Assembly (NCBI GenBank): GCA_038314665.1
Contig: GCA_038314665.1_3677.1
DNA from: a phage
Reading direction: 5' to 3' (one strand)
Length of the DNA: 64,000 bases
Numbering within the stretch: position 1 is the first letter of the stretch; the number at the start of each line of letters is the position of its first letter. Both the position numbers and the translations under genes were made by a program. The notes beneath the pieces were generated by a model. The model did not search any database. It worked only from the letters and a program-made list of their open reading frames with translations, and was not told where the DNA came from. Below are positions 59,795-64,000 of this stretch, in pieces.

Positions 59795-60242
59795 TACTGT
59801 AGAGGGAGATTTAATCTCCCTTTTTAAGAGCGGTGCTGGTCACCTGATCCACGGTTGTAACTGCTTCCACACAATGGGCAAGGGGATAGCAAAACAGATT
59901 GCCCGTGAGTTCCCTCAAGCATTGGCAGCTGACAAAGAGACCAGACATGGTTGCCTAAGTAAACTGGGTGCGTTCTCCCGATGGGAGCACTTATCTCCGG
60001 TAGGTATTGTCTACGGAATCAATCTATATACTCAGTTCTACCCAGGACCTAATGCTGAGTATTTCTCAATCCTGAAAGGCTTTGAGCTAGTCAATGAAGT
60101 ATTCAGTGGATCTACTTTACCATTCTACATCCCTAAGATCGGGTGCGGCATAGGTGGTTTGAAGTGGGAGCACGTAGAGGACGTTATTAACCTTGCCACT
60201 TTTGATATGGATATTATCGTGGTGGAGTACAAAAAGTGTTGA
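59784..60242 (+). CDS. macro-domain protein (ADP-ribose binding/hydrolase-like)
   Basis: GTG 59784 after GAGGAG, overlapping upstream stop; HGCNCFHTMGKGIAKQIAREFP and IPKIGCGIGGL match macro-domain glycine-rich signatures; the longer track ORF from 59685 is probably not the real start. Confidence 0.55.
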   Translation: MIIDTVEGDLISLFKSGAGHLIHGCNCFHTMGKGIAKQIAREFPQALAADKETRHGCLSKLGAFSRWEHLSPVGIVYGINLYTQFYPGPNAEYFSILKGFELVNEVFSGSTLPFYIPKIGCGIGGLKWEHVEDVINLATFDMDIIVVEYKKC

Positions 60243-60267
60243 CAGCTGGTTTTTGAGATGGTATAGT
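60239..60267 (+). promoter_or_regulatory. sigma70-like promoter
   Basis: TTGACA - 17 nt - TATAGT. Confidence 0.5.
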
Positions 60268-60295
60268 CACTACAACGATTGAGAGAGGGAGCACT

Positions 60296-60466
60296 ATGGA
60301 GACTAAAATCTTAATTCTGGCTGTGATAGATACAACCGAAGGGGCTGTGTTCGAATCTGCAGGAGGGTATTTCTACCTACCCTACGGAAAAAGAACTGCT
60401 GAACCAAGTAAAGATTCAATCATCAAAGTGTTCCCGTGTGCTTTCTGGCTGGAGATTTTGGTATAA
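60296..60466 (+). CDS. small ORF (56 aa), hypothetical
   Basis: ATG after GAGGGAG, downstream of promoter 60239; below ORF-track length cut-off. Confidence 0.3.
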   Translation: METKILILAVIDTTEGAVFESAGGYFYLPYGKRTAEPSKDSIIKVFPCAFWLEILV

Positions 60467-60492
60467 GATTGCAGAGGATTTGGGAGAGAATT

Positions 60493-60687
60493 ATGAGAAA
60501 CAAGAGAGAGCTTTACTCTGGCGAGTGGATAAACGATCAACAGGTTGGAGAGGTAACCTGCTTCCGGTGTTTTACTCGGTACAATCTTAAAACTGCACCA
60601 AAAAGTGTTCCAAAGACTGATGGTTATTACATAAAAGAACCTCATTGCCCAAAATGTAAATGCCGATTGTACTGGAGCAATCTGTAA
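60493..60687 (+). CDS. small zinc-ribbon protein
   Basis: ATG 60493 after GGGAGAG; CFRC..CPKCKC motif. Confidence 0.35.
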   Translation: MRNKRELYSGEWINDQQVGEVTCFRCFTRYNLKTAPKSVPKTDGYYIKEPHCPKCKCRLYWSNL

Positions 60688-60691
60688 GAGG

Positions 60692-60719
60692 TTGACATCT
60701 GAAAACTGTAGTGTATAAT
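60692..60719 (+). promoter_or_regulatory. sigma70-like promoter
   Basis: TTGACA - 16 nt - TATAAT with TG just upstream of the -10. Confidence 0.55.
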
Positions 60720-60750
60720 GTACGCATAAACTAACAGAGAGCGATGTATT

Positions 60751-60942
60751 ATGGTAATTTTTAACCGGGATGGTATCATAGTTAGACAGCACCCGTTCCT
60801 TGAATACTATCAAATTGAGCAATGGTGCTACGGTGATTGCAGTCACTCCTATGGGCAAAGTTGGGGATATCGTACAGTTTTTGAATCAACAGACCTTGAC
60901 AAAGTAAGACAGAAAGTTTTAGAACTTATTAACAACAAGTGA
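60751..60942 (+). CDS. hypothetical early protein
   Basis: 63-aa ORF downstream of promoter 60692. Confidence 0.4.
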   Translation: MVIFNRDGIIVRQHPFLEYYQIEQWCYGDCSHSYGQSWGYRTVFESTDLDKVRQKVLELINNK

Positions 60943-60951
60943 GTATGATAT

Positions 60952-61284
60952 ATGGTAACATTAGAAAGACGTAAAGCTATCGCCGCCACACTGGCAGACA
61001 TCTTTTGGGATTGCAACTTAAAAGATACCCGAAATTGTGGCGCATCTGTAGATGTATTATTCCCACGGCCCACCATTGTTGCAATGGGAAACCTGTTAAA
61101 CGTAGTGTACGGAGCATGGGACAAAGAAGGTGGATTCTATATCTGGCAACCTGACTACGGATCCTGGAAAGAGGTAAGGGGTGCGGATGACTTTGGGCCT
61201 ACAGCTGCTAAGATGGATGGCTGGGAAATTTATGTTGGAAACGACATGAAGCTGAAAGGCGAGATTGTTTACTGGTTACCTTAA
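60952..61284 (+). CDS. hypothetical early protein
   Basis: 110-aa ORF. Confidence 0.4.
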   Translation: MVTLERRKAIAATLADIFWDCNLKDTRNCGASVDVLFPRPTIVAMGNLLNVVYGAWDKEGGFYIWQPDYGSWKEVRGADDFGPTAAKMDGWEIYVGNDMKLKGEIVYWLP

Positions 61285-61305
61285 GAAAGTTCAGGAGATA
61301 AAGTT

Positions 61306-61551
61306 ATGAACAAAGGGTGGACATTTGTAGACGGCGTTAAAAACATGCCTCTAGGAAAGTATATCGTAGCCATGGCTGATGAGGATGGCAATGTAGATTT
61401 CGGAGCTTGCGAGGTTGTTCTTGCAGGATCTGGTAACTATGTGAGTAAAACCGGGATAATTAACGGTCAGTTCTACTTTGATCACAACCCTGTTGTAGCG
61501 TATATGGCTATGCCAGAGTTCAAGTTCCCAAAGGAGGGTGTCGATGTTTAA
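61306..61551 (+). CDS. hypothetical early protein
   Basis: 81-aa ORF, RBS AGGAGA. Confidence 0.4.
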   Translation: MNKGWTFVDGVKNMPLGKYIVAMADEDGNVDFGACEVVLAGSGNYVSKTGIINGQFYFDHNPVVAYMAMPEFKFPKEGVDV

Positions 61552-61738
61552 GCTTAAATCTGCATGGAACATTGCTGTGGGGGATGAGATCCGCATTCCT
61601 GGTGGGAAGACCGTTATGAAGATATCTCGTGTTGAATACGAAGGTGACCGTGTATTCCACATCTTTGCAGAAGATGGTCGAGAAATTTATATACAGGCAG
61701 GCTCACACATCTATATTCGTAAAGGGGATGACAAATGA
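61538..61738 (+). CDS. hypothetical early protein
   Basis: 66-aa ORF overlapping neighbours. Confidence 0.35.
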   Translation: MSMFKLKSAWNIAVGDEIRIPGGKTVMKISRVEYEGDRVFHIFAEDGREIYIQAGSHIYIRKGDDK

Positions 61739-62064
61739 CAGAGATCATCATTTCAACTGCAGGGTATGTATTCCTGACAATCATTGCGCTGATCATCTTG
61801 GTGGTGGTGTATGGATTTGTTATCCTGCCTATTCTTGAGACATTTAGTTTATGTCGGTGTTGGAGAAAGGCTTACGGACCACAGCCGTGGAGAGACTGGC
61901 CCCACCTGTTACGCATAGCGTTCTCTTATGCCTATGATCACGCCAGCAGTGCATGCATAACCGGGTATCACGCCCACAACTGGAGCTGGGAAGGGTTGAG
62001 GAAATGGAATGTTACAAAGACCATACCTCTGCGCATGTACAAACCTAAAAACAAAGACAGCTGA
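61735..62064 (+). CDS. small membrane protein
   Basis: 109 aa; hydrophobic helix AGYVFLTIIALIILVVVYGFVILPIL. Confidence 0.4.
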   Translation: MTEIIISTAGYVFLTIIALIILVVVYGFVILPILETFSLCRCWRKAYGPQPWRDWPHLLRIAFSYAYDHASSACITGYHAHNWSWEGLRKWNVTKTIPLRMYKPKNKDS

Positions 62065-62094
62065 TACTTGAAAATTCCTGGCATATCAAGTGTA

Positions 62095-62123
62095 AGGAGG
62101 ATTTCTAAAATGGATTTCCTCCT
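62095..62123. repeat. perfect inverted repeat / hairpin
   Basis: aggagga - 15 nt - tcctcct. Confidence 0.4.
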
Positions 62124-62377
62124 TTTGATATTTCACCGGGCTGGATATTTTAAAATCCTTAGAAAATCAGAAAATGGATCGAAAACTAAAATGGATTTTT
62201 TCAGAGTGGGCGCGACAAGCTGAATCACCCATCCTATCGTTTGCACCATATTCCAGACCACCATTACAGATTTCCTGCACATACTCACATCCTTCTACTA
62301 TAACTCCCTCCACTTACCCTTGACCTTCTATGGTAACAATCTAACCACTATCTTGAAGTTGCGGTGCAGCTTTCCAG

Positions 62378-62466
62378 GTACTCGATCTGTTTTTCATTTC
62401 AAAGATTGAATTTTCTGAAAATTTTTCTCGATAAATTTCTCAGTACTCGATCTGTTTTTCGTTTTC
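62378..62466. repeat. direct repeats in AT-rich non-coding region
   Basis: gtactcgatctgtttttc at 62378-62395 and 62443-62460, with a second repeated unit (g)attttctg(a/g)aaat between and after them. Confidence 0.5.
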
Positions 62467-62667
62467 TGAATCGGATTTTCTGGAAATCGTTCCGGCTCTC
62501 GACCTGAAATTTTTGGGGACGAAATCGATTTTTCGTTTTCAGAAATGGATTTTTAAAATTTCTATATGGGAATATTTTAGTGGATACTGTTTTATAGGAA
62601 ATTGTTACGGATGGTAATTAGCATGCTAATTAAATTTATTAAATGCGAGGAGTTCTCATTTAGAATT

Positions 62668-62686
62668 TTGAATGATAATCATTCTC
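62668..62686. promoter_or_regulatory. Fur-box-like operator, copy 1
   Basis: TTGAATGATAATCATTCTC matches the 19-bp Fur consensus GATAATGATAATCATTATC at 15 of 19 positions (hand count). Confidence 0.45.
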
Positions 62687-62803
62687 GTTTGCAGAATAAC
62701 GGGCAGGCCCGGTGATTGTCTCCCGGCCCCCACTGCCCCGGCTTGCTATTATAGTAACACACAGGACAAAGAAAGCAAGAAGTTTTTGCATAAATTTTTA
62801 GAC

Positions 62804-62822
62804 GATAATGATAATCGTTCTC
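62804..62822. promoter_or_regulatory. Fur-box-like operator, copy 2
   Basis: GATAATGATAATCGTTCTC matches the Fur consensus at 17 of 19 positions (hand count). Confidence 0.5.
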
Positions 62823-63080
62823 ATTTCATGCAGCGCCCATCCCCGGTGGTTGTCTCCCCCGTCACCGGTGCCTGCCGTCCTTTCGATAGGTATATTGTGC
62901 CACCTGGCGGGGCCGCTGTCAACACTTTTCAAAAAATTTTTCTAACCTGATGCGCTAACCGCTGCAACCTGGCGGGGCCAGCCTGGCAGTACCTAACTGA
63001 CCAGGTAGGAGAGATGAAGGCTTGTAAACCTGGTGGGCCTATGCTATAGGATAGGTAACAATTGAAGAGGAGGTACAAAA

Positions 63081-63257
63081 ATGAAAGGTAATATAATCCC
63101 CCTGGAAAATGTAGCTATTAATGACGCTGAGGCTATCGCCCTGGTTGAAAAGGCTATGGCGGGAGCGTTGGAACATAAAGAAGAGTACGAAAAAATGATG
63201 GTTAACCTGGCAGGGGCGGCGGCTGGAGAATTCTGCCCAAAAAATAATTTTACATAA
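63081..63257 (+). CDS. small ORF (58 aa), hypothetical
   Basis: ATG 9 nt after GAAGAGGAGG; first ORF after the non-coding repeat region. Confidence 0.35.
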   Translation: MKGNIIPLENVAINDAEAIALVEKAMAGALEHKEEYEKMMVNLAGAAAGEFCPKNNFT

Positions 63258-63260
63258 TGG

Positions 63261-63289
63261 TTGACAGCTCGGATAGTTCTTGTTATTCT
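63261..63289 (+). promoter_or_regulatory. weak sigma70-like promoter
   Basis: TTGACA - 17 nt - TATTCT. Confidence 0.3.
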
Positions 63290-63341
63290 TATCCTCGCAA
63301 GGTGAACAACACCACACTAATTAACAAAGAGGATAAAAATT

Positions 63342-63539
63342 ATGAACGCATACGGAATCAAAGTACGTCGCAACACTCGCCAGGTGGTCACCGACCAAGT
63401 GATTTGCCGGGTGGATGTAACCATCAACAACGGGCAAGGCCTTTATAAATTTCGTCGCGGTCATAGCTATACCCTGCAACAGCTTAACCGTTGCGCCCTG
63501 ACAAAAGGTCAGATCAACCACTGGTTTAATAAAAAATAA
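63342..63539 (+). CDS. hypothetical protein
   Basis: 65-aa ORF with RBS AGAGGA. Confidence 0.4.
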   Translation: MNAYGIKVRRNTRQVVTDQVICRVDVTINNGQGLYKFRRGHSYTLQQLNRCALTKGQINHWFNKK

Positions 63540-63542
63540 ATA

Positions 63543-63571
63543 TTGACATATAGTCTGACACAAAATATACT
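63543..63571 (+). promoter_or_regulatory. sigma70-like promoter
   Basis: TTGACA - 17 nt - TATACT right after stop of 63342..63539. Confidence 0.5.
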
Positions 63572-63603
63572 GAAATCACAAAAGACACTAAGAGGATAAA
63601 ATC

Positions 63604-64000
63604 ATGAAAACCACAACCTTTAATTTTGATAATGCCGACTTCTCTTTTTCTGATGTCAAGAACTGCCGCCGTGATCGTGGATTTTACAAGGCTTATAATC
63701 TGGTGGGCCTGGACGATGACAATAATTTGCACGAAGTAGCTGAGATCCGGTATTATGCCGCCTCCAGCGGTAACACTCATTATTGCGTCTTTTGGATGCA
63801 CGACAGCAAGAACAACAAGTACGGTTATACTGGTGGCAAGGCGAGCGGTCACGGTTATGATAAAGCTAACGCAGCACTTGAAAGCGCGTTAAATGCTATG
63901 GGGATCACTGCCAACGGCTGGATCTATGAAGATGAGTTTTTGTCAGCACTTGCTGCCCACCTGGGGTATAAAAAGCACATTGTGACATGCGCCCACGAAT
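63604..64000 (+). CDS. hypothetical protein, N-terminal fragment (3' end outside window)
   Basis: ATG 63604 after AAGAGGA; frame open to window end (about 132 codons, no stop). Confidence 0.45.
   Translation, partial: MKTTTFNFDNADFSFSDVKNCRRDRGFYKAYNLVGLDDDNNLHEVAEIRYYAASSGNTHYCVFWMHDSKNNKYGYTGGKASGHGYDKANAALESALNAMGITANGWIYEDEFLSALAAHLGYKKHIVTCAHE

Larger units (their letters stand above)
62668..62880 (+). repeat. two ~75-bp direct repeat modules (Fur-box-like site plus GC-rich hairpin)
   Basis: gataatcattctcgtttgcag..ccggtgattgtctcccggcccc at 62674-62730 repeated as gataatcgttctcatttcatgcag..ccggtggttgtctcccccgtcaccgg at 62808-62868. Confidence 0.4.

Noticed and set aside
60341-60360. tRNA-like T-loop motif GTTCGAATC
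   Set aside because: Flanking sequence does not form a T-stem or cloverleaf by hand, and it lies inside a small ORF with an RBS; tRNA scanning was by eye only, so a formal tRNA search should still be run on the window.
62378-62466. Possible CRISPR array from the direct repeats
   Set aside because: Only two copies of an 18-bp unit, AT-rich, with no regular repeat-spacer periodicity.
62672-62950. 92-aa ORF in the track spanning both Fur-box modules
   Set aside because: No RBS, low-complexity Pro/Cys/Gly-rich translation, and it coincides exactly with the duplicated non-coding modules.
63039-63852. Minus-strand ORFs 63039..63317, 63321..63563 and 63526..63852
   Set aside because: The plus-strand ORFs in the same interval have RBSs and sigma70-like promoters; the minus-strand ORFs have neither.
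1-64000. Lysogeny or mobile-element functions (integrase, repressor, transposase, att sites)
   Set aside because: No tyrosine or serine recombinase motifs or transposase-like ORFs were recognised; the window looks like a strictly lytic phage region.

Overview
This 64-kb window looks like part of a virulent tailed dsDNA phage genome; I found no rRNA, tRNA, CRISPR array, integrase or transposase. All calls are from reading the sequence and the supplied ORF track by eye; no search or folding program was run, so every family assignment is motif-level inference. Layout: (1) nt 1-29606, + strand: baseplate and tail-fibre module with at least six adhesin-like proteins, including a 1268-aa fibre with a C-terminal S74-type intramolecular chaperone, a duplicated fibre cassette and a 1875-aa Ig-like protein; operons end in GC-rich hairpin terminators. 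(2) nt 29654-36675, - strand: a reverse-oriented accessory island of 14 genes, including a vWA protein with an HExxH domain, a HAD-type phosphatase and four tandem coupled paralogs. (3) nt 36752-53523, + strand: replication module with MoxR-like AAA+ ATPase, signal-peptide SleB-like hydrolase, GHKL ATPase, PIF1/Dda-like helicase, methyltransferase-like protein, T7-type primase-helicase and a family-A DNA polymerase. (4) nt 53573-62064, + strand: about 25 small early genes with sigma70-like promoters, including an SSB-like protein, a macro-domain protein and a six-member small-protein family. (5) nt 62065-63080: non-coding repeat region with two Fur-box-like sites. Most notable candidates: the polymerase gene is split exactly inside motif C by a 276-nt sequence with group I intron hallmarks; the two Fur-box-like operators; the accessory island with its vWA/AAA+ pairing; the macro-domain protein.
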